The notes below the pieces were generated by a model that ran no database searches, was not told the DNA's origin, and saw nothing but the letters and a program-made list of their open reading frames with translations. Positions 46,111 to 56,428 of a stretch of DNA of 64,000 nt are shown one piece after another. Position numbers and translations under genes: made by a program. The stretch is from positions 465-64,464 of the forward strand of contig JAFCFJ010000008.1 of assembly GCA_017608705.1 (NCBI GenBank). The letters are read 5' to 3'. The stretch comes from Candidatus Pacearchaeota archaeon (GTDB lineage: Archaea > Nanobdellota > Nanobdellia > Pacearchaeales > GW2011-AR1). Every line of letters starts with the position of its first letter. The first letter of the stretch is position 1.

Positions 46111-46190
46111 GTAACCAAAAGGAAGAAGGATTATTTAAGATTTCTGTTTTATTCCTGGCTGTGGATGAAAATAAGGAAGAAAAATAAGAA

Positions 46191-46478
46191 TCAGTCCCAA
46201 AACACGATTTTGCCTTCAAGACCATGTTCTCTTATCAGCTGTGCTATATTCCTTCTTTCGCTCTCCGTTCCGATCGTTTCCACATACGCTGTTTTGTTTT
46301 CTCCTATTATTGTTTTTTGCACTCTTCCTGGAATGATTAGATACCGACCTTTTTTTGGAATCGATGTTTCCTCCACAAGAATTGTGCAACCACGCTCACA
46401 CTTGTCACAATGTAAATACTCTATCTTTCCGCCACTTCCACGGGCTCTCTCTTCGAAGCAGTAAGCCCTAATTCCCAT
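46191..46478 (-). CDS. Small hypothetical protein with a CxxC...C metal-binding knuckle (95 aa)
   Basis: HCDKCERGC. Convergent with the ligase neighbourhood. No family recognised. Confidence 0.4.
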   Translation of the reverse strand: MGIRAYCFEERARGSGGKIEYLHCDKCERGCTILVEETSIPKKGRYLIIPGRVQKTIIGENKTAYVETIGTESERRNIAQLIREHGLEGKIVFWD

Positions 46479-46653
46479 TTGAGGTGAAAACGCAAATGAA
46501 AATTGTTTTTTAAATATTTCTTAATTTTTGTAATATTCATAATTCTGATATATGCTTTATGGCTGAGTAAAAATTTAGGTGTTTAACTTGCTTTCGCAAA
46601 AAAACGAAAGATATAAAAAGCATTTTTGTGTTCTCAATAGAGAAAAGGGGAAA

Positions 46654-47430
46654 ATGCTAGGAGCAAAATTTGGGAAAAAGCATACTCTTGCATTGGTTCT
46701 TGTGCTTGTGGCTATTACCGCGATTTTTGTTGTACGTGCCATCAATGGCAATACTGTTGATACAAGCAAACCATGGCATCCGCTTCAGCAAATAGCAAAG
46801 GATGAGACGAGTTTTGAGAGTGTGGATGCTAATGCTAACGGTATCATAGATGAGGCTGAAAATGCAAGTTATGCTGAAAGAGCAGGAACTTGCGATAGTT
46901 GTGGTGCTGGTGTGAAAAGTGGTGATGTTGTAGCTGGTTATCTTTTGCTGTATGCTTCATATACAGATTCTAGAGGATTAAGAGAAGGAGTGACAGGGGC
47001 AGACTTTGTCTCTCCGACGATGTATCTTGGTTCTTCTAAAGATGCATGGATGGAGATGATAAAATTGGAGTATTCAGCTTACGAGCGCTTGCAACATCCA
47101 TGGCTTTTGCAATGGGCGCCTATAGCGTTGCGTGGAGACGAGTTTGATAAAGATTTTGTTAATGTGCCATGCTACTTCCCAGAAGCCGGAAAATACAAGA
47201 TTGTAATAAGGGTCAAGAACGCGAATGAGAACGGTTATAAGTTCTGGATAGATGGTAAGGAAGAAAACTGGGGATATCCTACATATTATGTACAGTCATT
47301 TGGAGATGGGTCAAAACTTTACGAGCTTTCTTGGGATATAAACACTCCTGGAGTAAAAACATGTAGGTTCCGAACAAATTTAGATAGTGATCCTGATTTA
47401 TTTTATGGCTTCTTCATCTATAAGGCTTGA
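46654..47430 (+). CDS. Secreted or membrane-anchored hypothetical protein with an EF-hand/dockerin-like Ca-binding loop
   Basis: Start taken at the ATG at 46654 (MLGAKFGKK...). N-terminal TM/signal LALVLVLVAITAIFVV. DANANGIIDEAE matches the DxNxDGxIDxxE calcium-binding loop. Confidence 0.5.
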   Translation: MLGAKFGKKHTLALVLVLVAITAIFVVRAINGNTVDTSKPWHPLQQIAKDETSFESVDANANGIIDEAENASYAERAGTCDSCGAGVKSGDVVAGYLLLYASYTDSRGLREGVTGADFVSPTMYLGSSKDAWMEMIKLEYSAYERLQHPWLLQWAPIALRGDEFDKDFVNVPCYFPEAGKYKIVIRVKNANENGYKFWIDGKEENWGYPTYYVQSFGDGSKLYELSWDINTPGVKTCRFRTNLDSDPDLFYGFFIYKA

Positions 47431-47543
47431 GCGTGATGGTTGAGTAACCAAAGGGGATGGGCTGGTGAGAGCCAGGATTTTAGCATCTGGAATCGATTTG
47501 AAAACTAAGAAAGAATTAAAAATCCATTTCTCTGTATTGTTTT

Positions 47544-48980
47544 ATGACAATGCCTGTGGCTGGACAAAAGACTGAAGATAGGTCTGTGAAGGCAAGAGCA
47601 CGTATAGGCTTAGAGATTCATGTTTATTTGCTCACGCGGGAAAAGCTATTCTGCCGTTGTAAGGCTGAACATGGTAAGAAGCTTACTGAGCCAAATACAA
47701 ACATATGTCCTATATGCACAGGGCAGCCAGGAGCCAAGCCAATGTTGCCCAATAAGGAAGCTATAGACAAAGCACTGAAAATCGCATTAATGCTGAACTG
47801 CAAGATAAATACTGGCAAGGATGGTAAGGTTGTGGTATGGCAGAGGAAACACTATGATTGGCCAGACTTGCCAAAAGGCTATCAGGACACGCAGAGCGGA
47901 GCATACAGCGTGCCTCTTGCCATCAACGGGAAGTTTGAGGGTATAAGGATAAAAGAATTACATGTAGAAGAAGATCCTGCTTCATGGAATCCAGAAACAG
48001 GAGCAATAGATTATAACCGTAGTGGCATACCTCTTGTAGAAATTGTTACCGAGCCTGATTTTAGCAGTGGCGAGCAGGTTGTTGAATGGCTGAAGAAACT
48101 TATGCTTGTTCTTGCATATGTTAAGGCAATAGATAAGACCGCAGGATTGAAAGCTGATGTTAATATTTCTCTTGTAGGCGCGAACGATGATGCGAGAGTA
48201 GAAGTTCTGAACAGTCTTGAGGCAATAGAAAAAGCGATAGCTTACGAGATCAGGAGACAGGAGCAAGAAGGCACATCACGCGAGACAAGACGTTATGATT
48301 CAGCTAAAGGCAAGACCGTGAAGATGCGTGAAAAAGAAACGCAAGCAGATTATCGGTTTATTCCTGATCCTGACTTGCCCATGCTGAAGATTAGCCAGGC
48401 CCGTGTGGAGAAATTGAAAAAAGAGTTGCCAGAGGCACCACAGAAAAAACTTGAAAAGCTTCTCTCGGAGCATGGCATAGATAAAAAAGCAGCGGATGTG
48501 CTTGCTAACGACGTAGATTTAGTTATGCTCTTCGAGAGGGTCGTTGGTCTTGGCATAAAACCTGCAACCGCGGTCAAGTGGCTCACCATAGAGCTGTTGC
48601 GTGTTCTTAACTATAACAAGCTAACTCTCGACGAATGCGAGATCAAGCCAGAGCATGTAGCAGAACTTATCAGGCTTGTTGAGGAAGGCAAGATTACAGA
48701 GCTTAAGGCAAAACAAATTCTTAACGAGTTTGTGCCACGATCGTTTTCACCAAGACAAAAGCTGAAAGAGGCAAAGAAGATTACAAGCGTTGCTGTTTTG
48801 GAAGGAATTATCGATAACGTGCTGGCAAGTAATGAGAAAGCTGTCCAAGACTATATGAGTGGTAAGGAAGAAGCATTCAATTTTCTGCTTGGCCAGATTA
48901 TGAAGGCAAGCGAAAGGCGTGCTGACTATAGGCTTGCATCTAAGCTATTAAGAAAAAAGCTTGATGCAAGAAGCGCTTAG
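47544..48980 (+). CDS. gatB: Asp/Glu-tRNA amidotransferase subunit B
   Basis: 478 aa. IGLEIHVYL...KLFCRC. ADYRFIPDPDLP (GatB-type). C-terminal GatB/YqeY domain. Confidence 0.9.
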   Translation: MTMPVAGQKTEDRSVKARARIGLEIHVYLLTREKLFCRCKAEHGKKLTEPNTNICPICTGQPGAKPMLPNKEAIDKALKIALMLNCKINTGKDGKVVVWQRKHYDWPDLPKGYQDTQSGAYSVPLAINGKFEGIRIKELHVEEDPASWNPETGAIDYNRSGIPLVEIVTEPDFSSGEQVVEWLKKLMLVLAYVKAIDKTAGLKADVNISLVGANDDARVEVLNSLEAIEKAIAYEIRRQEQEGTSRETRRYDSAKGKTVKMREKETQADYRFIPDPDLPMLKISQARVEKLKKELPEAPQKKLEKLLSEHGIDKKAADVLANDVDLVMLFERVVGLGIKPATAVKWLTIELLRVLNYNKLTLDECEIKPEHVAELIRLVEEGKITELKAKQILNEFVPRSFSPRQKLKEAKKITSVAVLEGIIDNVLASNEKAVQDYMSGKEEAFNFLLGQIMKASERRADYRLASKLLRKKLDARSA

Positions 48981-50152
48981 CTAAAAATAAATTTGCTGCT
49001 TACTGCAACTAAAAATATAAGCAAGAGCAAAGCGAGAAGTGGCCACGAGATAGGCATGCTATATTCTGGTTCTCTATTGCCAAGTTTTTTTGCACGTATG
49101 ATCATGAGAAGCACGAGCAAGCCAGTGATGCCGCCTGATATATTTCCAGCGAGAGCAAGCAACTGTGAAAAACTTGCAAGACCAAATTTTTTCAATGCCA
49201 GGAAGATAAGCAAGGTAGGAACTATGACAAGTAATGTAGCTTTTTTCTTTCTCATCCCGAAATCAAACATATACATGTCACGCAAAGCTATGCTCAGAGC
49301 AAAGAATGCGGTAAACATTGTTATTACACCAAGAAAAACAAAGATGCGGGCAAGCGAAAGCGTGGCAATCTCGTTGATGGCTTTGCCGGCATAACCAAGC
49401 ACCACGAATGTGAAAACAGCATATACGGTGAGAGGTATTAACATGCCGATAATTATAGCTTTTTTCATCAAACTTTCCTGGCCATGCAAAACGCGTTCGA
49501 GTTCTGGCAAAGCTGAAAAGCCGAGAAATGCAAACAAAATAACGCCGAGAGGCATGAACACCTGTTTTGCGCTTGAATATGCAAGATTACTTAGCTCGAT
49601 TTTTGGCCCGTAATAAACAACAATTGACAAAAGCATAAAAAGCACGAGCACGAGGCCAATGCTCTCGCCCTTTTTCATCGTGCGGAAACCACGTGCTATC
49701 AATAATGACATGAAGAGCCAGAATGTAAGGCTGAAGGCTAGGCCATAGTTCGTGTTGGCAAAGAAGATCATACTAAGGCTTTCACCTTCTGCGAGCATGT
49801 ATGCGATGAGTGCAGAGTAAATACCGAAAATCATGGAGAAAAGCATGATCATACGGCCAAAAGCCCCGAGATACCGTTTTGCATAACCAGGCAATTGGTG
49901 TTCGCCTTTGGTTCGTAATGCTATTTCGCCGAGATAGAGGTTTATCATCAGCATGACGAACCATAACAAAACTATGTATGCAAGGCCTATAAGAAATCCT
50001 GTTCTTGCCACAGCATATGGAATTCCGAGAAAACCGGCACCAATAATCGTGCCTGTTAATGTGGCCACAGCAGGAAACAGCTTGTTCCTCTTTTTTTGCA
50101 TACAGAAAATTGTTACTAGACTTATTAAAAACTTTTGTATCCCTGCCGACAT
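48977..50152 (-). CDS. Amino-acid permease (aromatic/neutral amino acid transporter family, ~11 TM)
   Basis: 391 aa, highly hydrophobic. N-terminal GTIIGAGFLGIPYA is typical of the Aa_trans / Trp-Tyr permease fold. Confidence 0.65.
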   Translation of the reverse strand: MSAGIQKFLISLVTIFCMQKKRNKLFPAVATLTGTIIGAGFLGIPYAVARTGFLIGLAYIVLLWFVMLMINLYLGEIALRTKGEHQLPGYAKRYLGAFGRMIMLFSMIFGIYSALIAYMLAEGESLSMIFFANTNYGLAFSLTFWLFMSLLIARGFRTMKKGESIGLVLVLFMLLSIVVYYGPKIELSNLAYSSAKQVFMPLGVILFAFLGFSALPELERVLHGQESLMKKAIIIGMLIPLTVYAVFTFVVLGYAGKAINEIATLSLARIFVFLGVITMFTAFFALSIALRDMYMFDFGMRKKKATLLVIVPTLLIFLALKKFGLASFSQLLALAGNISGGITGLLVLLMIIRAKKLGNREPEYSMPISWPLLALLLLIFLVAVSSKFIFS

Positions 50153-50194
50153 AGGTTATAAAAAATATTTTAAATTGCCCAGCCATATAATAAC

Positions 50195-50266
50195 GGGCCC
50201 GTCGGCTAGTGGATAGGCCACCCGGCTTCGGACCGGGTAACAGGGGTTCGAATCCTCTCGGGCCCG
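50195..50266 (+). tRNA. tRNA-Arg (anticodon TCG)
   Basis: GGGCCCGTCGGCTAGTGGATAGGCCACCCGGCTTCGGACCGGGTAACAGGGGTTCGAATCCTCTCGGGCCCG. Anticodon loop CTTCGGA. Confidence 0.8.
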
Positions 50267-50283
50267 CTAACAATAAACAGAAA

Positions 50284-50802
50284 ATGAAAATCGCTGTTAT
50301 GTCTGACACGCACGAGCAAGAAGGGTTAGTGAGGAAAGCCCTTTCCATGATAAAGGAGCAAGGCATAAACAAGATTTATCATTGTGGCGACATCATATCG
50401 CCATTGCTGCTTGATAGCTTCCGTGGTTTTGATGTTAGCTTTGTTTATGGCAATAATGATGGTGAGCGTCGTGGCTTGGCGAGTAAGGCAAGAGAGCTTG
50501 GTTTCAAGATCGCAGACGGGCTTGTTGTCAAGCATGCGGGGAAGAGCATCTTGGTTCTGCATGGCCACAACAGAGTAAGCCTTATGAAAGCTATACACCT
50601 GCAAAGATTTGATTTTATTTTTACTGGCCATACACATAGAGCTCACATAGAGAGGATAGGAAAAACATTGCTTGTGAACCCAGGGGCATTATTTCATGCC
50701 AAGCCGAGTTTTGCTATTGTTGATCTTGCAAGAGAAAATGCAGAATTGGTTTGGCTTAACGAGCAACATGCTGGTGAGGATGCTCATGGGGCTGTCGGCT
50801 AG
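50284..50802 (+). CDS. Metallophosphoesterase (YfcE/MJ0936-like phosphodiesterase)
   Basis: IAVMSDTHE, HCGDI, GNND, LHGH, GHTH. The last 15 nt overlap the 5' end of tRNA-Pro(CGG). Confidence 0.8.
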   Translation: MKIAVMSDTHEQEGLVRKALSMIKEQGINKIYHCGDIISPLLLDSFRGFDVSFVYGNNDGERRGLASKARELGFKIADGLVVKHAGKSILVLHGHNRVSLMKAIHLQRFDFIFTGHTHRAHIERIGKTLLVNPGALFHAKPSFAIVDLARENAELVWLNEQHAGEDAHGAVG

Positions 50803-50861
50803 TCTGGTTAGGCTTCAGCCTTCGGGAGGCTGCGACCCCGGTTCAAATCCGGGCAGCCCCA
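50788..50861 (+). tRNA. tRNA-Pro (anticodon CGG)
   Basis: GGGGCTGTCGGCTAGTCTGGTTAGGCTTCAGCCTTCGGGAGGCTGCGACCCCGGTTCAAATCCGGGCAGCCCCA. Anticodon loop TTCGGGA. Confidence 0.85.
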
Positions 50862-50923
50862 TTTTCAAATTATCTTTGTTTTATCATAATTAAATTTTTA
50901 AATTCCTTCTGCAGGAATGTCTC

Positions 50924-52108
50924 ATGCGTGATATAGTGATCGAGAAAGCAAAGCGCTTGCCAATAGAGAAGCAAGCGGTAGAGATTGTGGAAAGGAAAGG
51001 TCTCGGGCATCCAGACACAATTTGCGATGCTGTTTGCGAGGCTGTAAGCCGCAAGCTGAGCAAGTATTATCTTGAGCATTTCGGTAAGGTTTTGCATCAT
51101 AATGTTGATAAGGGTTTGCTTGTTGCTGGCAAGAGCATGCCGAAGTTTGGTGGCGGTTCTGTTGTTAAACCTTTCAAGATCATCGTTGCCGGCCGTGCAA
51201 CTAGCCAGCTAGGTAAAGAAAAAATCAATGTTGGCAAGATTGCTATAGAGGCTGTAAGAGATGTTATGAAAAATTTTCACATGCTCGAGCAAGAGCATTA
51301 TAAAATAGAAATAGAGATCGAGGAAGGTGCAGGTAATCTGCAGGAAGTGTTCAGGAGCAATGTTGAGTTAGCAAATGACACAAGCTTTGGTGTGGGCTAT
51401 GCCCCATATTCACGCACAGAGAACCTTGTTCTTGCTATTTCTGATATGCTGAACTCCAAGGCTTTTATCAAGAAGTTTCCTGCTGTCGGCGAAGATATCA
51501 AGGTTATGGCGCTAAGGGAAAGAGACGAAATAAAGGTGACTGTGGCTGTAGCGTTCATTGATAAATATATTAGTGGTATTGAAGAATATTATGAGGTGAA
51601 GGAAAAAATAAGAGAAGAAATCAAGAGAAAAGCGAAAAAGTATGGAGAATGTGATGTTATTGTTAATGCGCTTGACAAACCTGCTTTTGAGGCTAAAAGC
51701 ATAGATGATGTGTATCTGACTGTCACGGGATTGTCTGCTGAGATGGGTGATGATGGTCAGGTCGGTCGCGGAAATAGGGTTAACGGACTTATCACTCCAT
51801 GCCGTGAAATGTCTCTTGAGGCAGCAGCCGGTAAAAACCCTACGAGGCATGTAGGCAAGCTTTACAATGTACTCGCTAATATTATAGCTTCAGATATAGT
51901 TAAGCAAGGGCTTGCGAATGAATGCTACGTCAAGATCTTAAGCAGGATAGGCTCGCCTGTGAATGAACCTCAAGCAGTGAGTGTGCAGATTGTTGATGGG
52001 TTTACCCTTGGCAAGAAAAATGAAATTAAGGCAGTGGTTGAATCATGGCTTGATAGGATCAATGAGGTAATTCCTCTGATTGTGGATGGCAAGTTAAGGA
52101 TTTATTAG
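50924..52108 (+). CDS. mat: S-adenosylmethionine synthetase, archaeal type
   Basis: 394 aa. N-terminal IVERKGLGHPDTICD is the hallmark of archaeal MAT (MJ1208 family). Confidence 0.9.
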   Translation: MRDIVIEKAKRLPIEKQAVEIVERKGLGHPDTICDAVCEAVSRKLSKYYLEHFGKVLHHNVDKGLLVAGKSMPKFGGGSVVKPFKIIVAGRATSQLGKEKINVGKIAIEAVRDVMKNFHMLEQEHYKIEIEIEEGAGNLQEVFRSNVELANDTSFGVGYAPYSRTENLVLAISDMLNSKAFIKKFPAVGEDIKVMALRERDEIKVTVAVAFIDKYISGIEEYYEVKEKIREEIKRKAKKYGECDVIVNALDKPAFEAKSIDDVYLTVTGLSAEMGDDGQVGRGNRVNGLITPCREMSLEAAAGKNPTRHVGKLYNVLANIIASDIVKQGLANECYVKILSRIGSPVNEPQAVSVQIVDGFTLGKKNEIKAVVESWLDRINEVIPLIVDGKLRIY

Positions 52109-52157
52109 CACCCTTGCTCTTGTAAAAATTTATTAAGCTGTTCTTGGTAGCTGTTCT

Positions 52158-52859
52158 ATGGTATCAGCGCTGAGCATGAAAAAAAAGCATGCTGGAAGAA
52201 AAAAAGGCAAGAAAGATAAGCAGGAGGTAGCGAAAAGCACAGGAAAGAGAAAGCTGAAAATTCTTGCAGTTGGCGATATACACGGCGATACATCTCTAGT
52301 GAAAAAATTGGCAAGGAAAGCAAGAGAAGAGAATGTTGATTTGGTTATTCTTGCCGGTGACTTAACAATGTTCGAGACAAGCACAGAGAATATTGTTGGA
52401 CCTTTTATCAAGTATGGTAAGCAAGTGTTGCTTATACCAGGAAATCACGAAACACTGGCTACCGCAAATTTTCTTGCCGAGCTTTATCCGAACACAAAGA
52501 ATATTCATGGTTATGCTATCAAGATAGGCGATGTTGGAATTTTTGGTGCAGGCTCAGGCAATATAGGGCTGTTCCAGCTTAGCGAGAAAGAGCTTTTTTC
52601 TTTGCTCAAGCAAGGTTTTGAACGTGTTAAGGATGCAAAGAAAAAAATCATGGTTACACATGTACATCCTGCTGGAAGTAAGATAGAGAACTTCTCTGCA
52701 TTCGTGCCTGGAAGTGAAGCTGTGATGAAAGCCATAAAGCGTTTCAAGCCAGATATAGCGATATGCAGTCATGTGCATGAGGCATCTGGTCTCGAGGAAA
52801 AAATAGGAAATACAAGAGTTATCAATGTCAGCCGGGTAGGTAAGATTATCGAAATTTAA
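52158..52859 (+). CDS. Calcineurin-like metallophosphoesterase
   Basis: ILAVGDIHGD, LAGDL, GNHE, VTHVHP, CSHVHE. Lys-rich N-terminal tail. Confidence 0.75.
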   Translation: MVSALSMKKKHAGRKKGKKDKQEVAKSTGKRKLKILAVGDIHGDTSLVKKLARKAREENVDLVILAGDLTMFETSTENIVGPFIKYGKQVLLIPGNHETLATANFLAELYPNTKNIHGYAIKIGDVGIFGAGSGNIGLFQLSEKELFSLLKQGFERVKDAKKKIMVTHVHPAGSKIENFSAFVPGSEAVMKAIKRFKPDIAICSHVHEASGLEEKIGNTRVINVSRVGKIIEI

Positions 52860-55097
52860 ATGGCTGTAAAAGATTTTGTGGAGATAGACCCAAGGCAAGT
52901 AAGGAAAAGCACAGAGATAGTTGAGAAGCCAAAACCTGTGTTGGAGCGTGTAGAGAAGGAGGGAACAAGAGATGAAAGAGCAGGGAAGAAAAATCACAAG
53001 AATGAGAGCAAAGCAAGAAGAGAGGAAAAAAGAGCAAGAAGTAAGGAAGGGTATGTGCTTATTATCACAGAAAAGCCCCAGGCAGCGTTGAAGATAGCAA
53101 GCGCATTAGGCAAGCCTGTTAGGCACATTGAAAAGGGTGTTCCATACTATGAATTGGAGCGAGATGGAAAGCGTGTAATTGTCGCTGCTGCTGTGGGCCA
53201 TCTTTTTACTCTTGATGAAAAGCAGAAATCGCGAGAATGGCCTGTGTTTGAGCTTGAATGGAAACCCGCCTTCTTGAATAAACGGAGCGCATTTACCAAA
53301 CGTTACTATGACGTACTCGCGAAGTTATGCAAGAATGCTGAGAGCTTTATTATTGCCACAGACTATGATGTAGAAGGCGAGGTTATTGGACTTAACATTT
53401 TGCGTTTTATTGCAAAACAGCAAGACGCAAAACGTATGAAATTTTCAACACTTACGAAGGAAGAGCTTGAGAAAGCTTACGAGGAGGCGAGGCAAACTAT
53501 AGATTGGGGGCAAGCATTAGCTGGCGAGGCACGACATTACCTTGACTGGCTATACGGCATAAATCTGAGCAGAGCATTGATGAACGCTATACGCAAAGCA
53601 GGGCGTTTCAAGATCATGTCTATAGGACGCGTCCAGGGACCGGCCTTACATCTTGTTGTTGAGCGCGAACTTGCGATAAGGAATTTCAAGCCAGAGCCGT
53701 ATTGGCGAATTTATATCTTGACAGATAAAACTGGAAAGCTATTGCTGAAATATCCAAAAGATATAAAGGAAAAGCAAGAGCTGGAAAAATTCGAGGCTCT
53801 CAAGGGCAAAACTTGTGAGCTAACAACGGTAAAGAGAGAGCAAGCAATAAGGCCACCAGTACCGTTTGACTTAACAACCTTGCAAACAGAGGCCTATAAA
53901 TTTTACAAAATAACGCCGGCCAGGGTGTTGCAGATTGCACAACAACTTTATCTTGCGGGTCTTATCAGCTACCCGAGGACAAGCAGCCAAAAATTGCCAG
54001 CAAGTATTCAAGCGAGAAAAATACTTGAGAAGCTCGGCAAGCTCTTTTCCTTCGTTGAGCATGCAACAAGAAGCAAACCTGTAGAGGGAAAGAAAAGCGA
54101 TCCTGCACATCCAGCCATATATCCGACCGGCGAAACTGCTGGGCTGGAAAAGCTAAGCAAGGATGAGGAAAAAATCTATGAGCTTATTGTAAGGCGTTTC
54201 GTGGCTTGCTTTTCCCCTGACGCGATTGTTGAGCAGAAGAAGCTCATTGCTGATGTTGGCGGTTTGAAATTTACAGCTACGGGAGTATGTGTGAAAGAGA
54301 AAGGCTGGATTAATGTGTATCCAACAAGCCTACAGGAGAAAGAATTACCTGATGTGGAAGGAAAAGCAAAGATTACAGATGTGAAGGTTGAGGAGAAGGA
54401 AACACAGCCACCAAAGCGCTATACGCCTGCGAGTCTTGTGCGCGAGCTTGCAAAAAGAAACCTTGGTACGAAGGCTACGAGAGCCATGATTGTGGAAACT
54501 CTCTATGACCGTGGCTATATTGAGGGGCAGCAGATACATGCTACGGAACTCGGCATAAAACTTGTGAGCGCACTGAAAAAGCATTCTCCGATTATCATAG
54601 ATGAGAACTTGACAAGGAACTTTGAAGAAAAGATGGAGGCAATACAGCTGGCAAGGCAGGGGAAAGAAAAACAGCAAGAAATTATAGCTGAAGCGAAAAA
54701 TATTATAGCAAAAATTTCAGAACAGTTCAGGGAAAAGGAGGAGGAGATTGGCAAAGAATTACTTTCTTCGCTTGAGGAGATGAACAAGAGAGAGCGGGAA
54801 GAAAGCAAGCTTATGCAGTGTCCTGCTTGTCAGAAGGGAGCACTTAGGTTGATTTATTCCAAGAAAACAAAGCGATATTTTGTTGCCTGCGATTCATATC
54901 CGGAATGCAAAACAACATTCACGCTTCCGAGAGGCATGATAAAAAAAGCAGGAAAGAAATGTGAAAAATGTGGCTGGCCCATGCTAATGCTTGTAAAGCG
55001 TGGCAAGAGACCGTGGTATTTCTGTTTCAACCCTGCATGTGACAGCAGAAAGAATAGCAACGAAATGAGCAATAATGTTGGAGAAACACATGGCTAG
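52860..55097 (+). CDS. topA: DNA topoisomerase I (type IA) with C-terminal zinc ribbons
   Basis: 745 aa. TOPRIM LIITEKPQAALKIA. Active-site Tyr in LISYPRTSS. C-terminal CPACQ...CDSYPEC and CEKCGW...C zinc ribbons. Lys/Glu-rich N-terminal extension. Confidence 0.9.
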   Translation: MAVKDFVEIDPRQVRKSTEIVEKPKPVLERVEKEGTRDERAGKKNHKNESKARREEKRARSKEGYVLIITEKPQAALKIASALGKPVRHIEKGVPYYELERDGKRVIVAAAVGHLFTLDEKQKSREWPVFELEWKPAFLNKRSAFTKRYYDVLAKLCKNAESFIIATDYDVEGEVIGLNILRFIAKQQDAKRMKFSTLTKEELEKAYEEARQTIDWGQALAGEARHYLDWLYGINLSRALMNAIRKAGRFKIMSIGRVQGPALHLVVERELAIRNFKPEPYWRIYILTDKTGKLLLKYPKDIKEKQELEKFEALKGKTCELTTVKREQAIRPPVPFDLTTLQTEAYKFYKITPARVLQIAQQLYLAGLISYPRTSSQKLPASIQARKILEKLGKLFSFVEHATRSKPVEGKKSDPAHPAIYPTGETAGLEKLSKDEEKIYELIVRRFVACFSPDAIVEQKKLIADVGGLKFTATGVCVKEKGWINVYPTSLQEKELPDVEGKAKITDVKVEEKETQPPKRYTPASLVRELAKRNLGTKATRAMIVETLYDRGYIEGQQIHATELGIKLVSALKKHSPIIIDENLTRNFEEKMEAIQLARQGKEKQQEIIAEAKNIIAKISEQFREKEEEIGKELLSSLEEMNKREREESKLMQCPACQKGALRLIYSKKTKRYFVACDSYPECKTTFTLPRGMIKKAGKKCEKCGWPMLMLVKRGKRPWYFCFNPACDSRKNSNEMSNNVGETHG

Positions 55098-55840
55098 AAA
55101 AACCTTTTTCGTCTTATCCCATCATCAACTATTTCAAATCTTAGTTCCTTCTCACGCAAGCTTCTGTGTTTTCGTAATATTGCTTTCCTTTTGCCACGCT
55201 CATTTTGGAGCTCGATGATACATTTGCTCCAATACTTCAAGATATCACCGCCAACCATATGCACGCCTTTGGTTTTTCCTTCTCTCAGTTCCTGCTCGCT
55301 CAGAAAATCACTATAAACCTGATTTGTTACAAGCACTGGAATATTCTTTTTTCTTGCGATTTCTGCAAGAATGCGTAACTGCTTAGCCAGTTCGCTATTC
55401 ACTTCTCGAACTTTTTCATCATTTTTTTCCTTGTGCGCCTCTCCTAATTCGAGCCTGTAAAGCATGGTAATTCCATCAACGATTATGAGGCCTATATTTG
55501 CTTCAGATTTTTTTAACTCAGTCAGCATTTTTTCAAATGCTTTACATTGCTCCTGGAAGTTTGTCGGTTTCAGCAGTATAATATTTTTCAGCACCTCCTC
55601 AGTCTTATCTTTGGCAAGCTGTTTTACACGCTCTATAGAGAAGCCACCTTCTGTATCGATATAGATTACCTTGTTTCCTTTTTTTGCCTGACTGACAGCA
55701 GCAAGCAAACAAAAATTTGTCTTGCCAGAGCCGGCAGGACCATAGATTGTTGTTATTATGTCACGTTCATAACCTCCATGAAGCCACCTGTTTAAATCAT
55801 AACTTCCTGCAGAAATCTTGTTGCGCCAGCTTTTTTTCAT
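55094..55840 (-). CDS. radB: DNA repair and recombination protein RadB (RecA/Rad51 paralog)
   Basis: 248 aa. Walker A GPAGSGKT. Walker B LIIVDGI. No N-terminal HhH domain, and a short length typical of RadB. Confidence 0.8.
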   Translation of the reverse strand: MKKSWRNKISAGSYDLNRWLHGGYERDIITTIYGPAGSGKTNFCLLAAVSQAKKGNKVIYIDTEGGFSIERVKQLAKDKTEEVLKNIILLKPTNFQEQCKAFEKMLTELKKSEANIGLIIVDGITMLYRLELGEAHKEKNDEKVREVNSELAKQLRILAEIARKKNIPVLVTNQVYSDFLSEQELREGKTKGVHMVGGDILKYWSKCIIELQNERGKRKAILRKHRSLREKELRFEIVDDGIRRKRFF

Positions 55841-55912
55841 GGTTGAATCAAGACTTGATGATTAATAAAATTTGTTCTTCGTGGAGAAATATTTTTAAGC
55901 TACCTGGATATC

Positions 55913-56392
55913 TTGTTTTCTACAATGCTTCCAGGGTTGGAAAATCTTGTGGAGTGGCTCAATAACACCTCTGTCTGGGCTAGCGATTTGATTGAGCATG
56001 CAAAGAATCTTTGTTATAGAATTTGTGAACAGAAAGAAAGCGCTGAGATGCTATTGGCTACGCTGGTAGGTTATATAAGCAGGTATGTGAAAAGCGGAAA
56101 TCGAGTAACGAGGAGCAAGGTACAGAATTTCAAGAATGAGGTGGAACATTTTGTTTCTTGCATGGAGCGAGGCTGTTATCTTATCAGTATTGGGTATGAT
56201 AGCGTGGTGAGTTGGTTGCATGGTACACCAACAGAGGTGAGGGTTAGTAACGGAAAGGAAGAATACATTAGTATAAGACTGAGTGAGATCTACAAGACAG
56301 GATATTACAGCGTGCAAGTTCCTGAGGAATTGCCTGTAACAACGAAAGAGGAAGTTAGGAGATTGTTCAGCGAGGACTACAAGATAATATAG
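55913..56392 (+). CDS. Hypothetical protein (159 aa)
   Basis: Clean ORF with no motif. Confidence 0.35.
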   Translation: MFSTMLPGLENLVEWLNNTSVWASDLIEHAKNLCYRICEQKESAEMLLATLVGYISRYVKSGNRVTRSKVQNFKNEVEHFVSCMERGCYLISIGYDSVVSWLHGTPTEVRVSNGKEEYISIRLSEIYKTGYYSVQVPEELPVTTKEEVRRLFSEDYKII

Positions 56393-56428
56393 GAAAATTT
56401 ATATTTTTGATTTTTTCTTTAATTTTTT

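Noticed and set aside
50209-50802. 197-aa ORF start at 50209 overlapping tRNA-Arg
   Set aside because: The N-terminal 25 codons are the tRNA-Arg sequence read as protein. The conserved metallophosphoesterase start (MKIAVMSDTHE) is at 50284.
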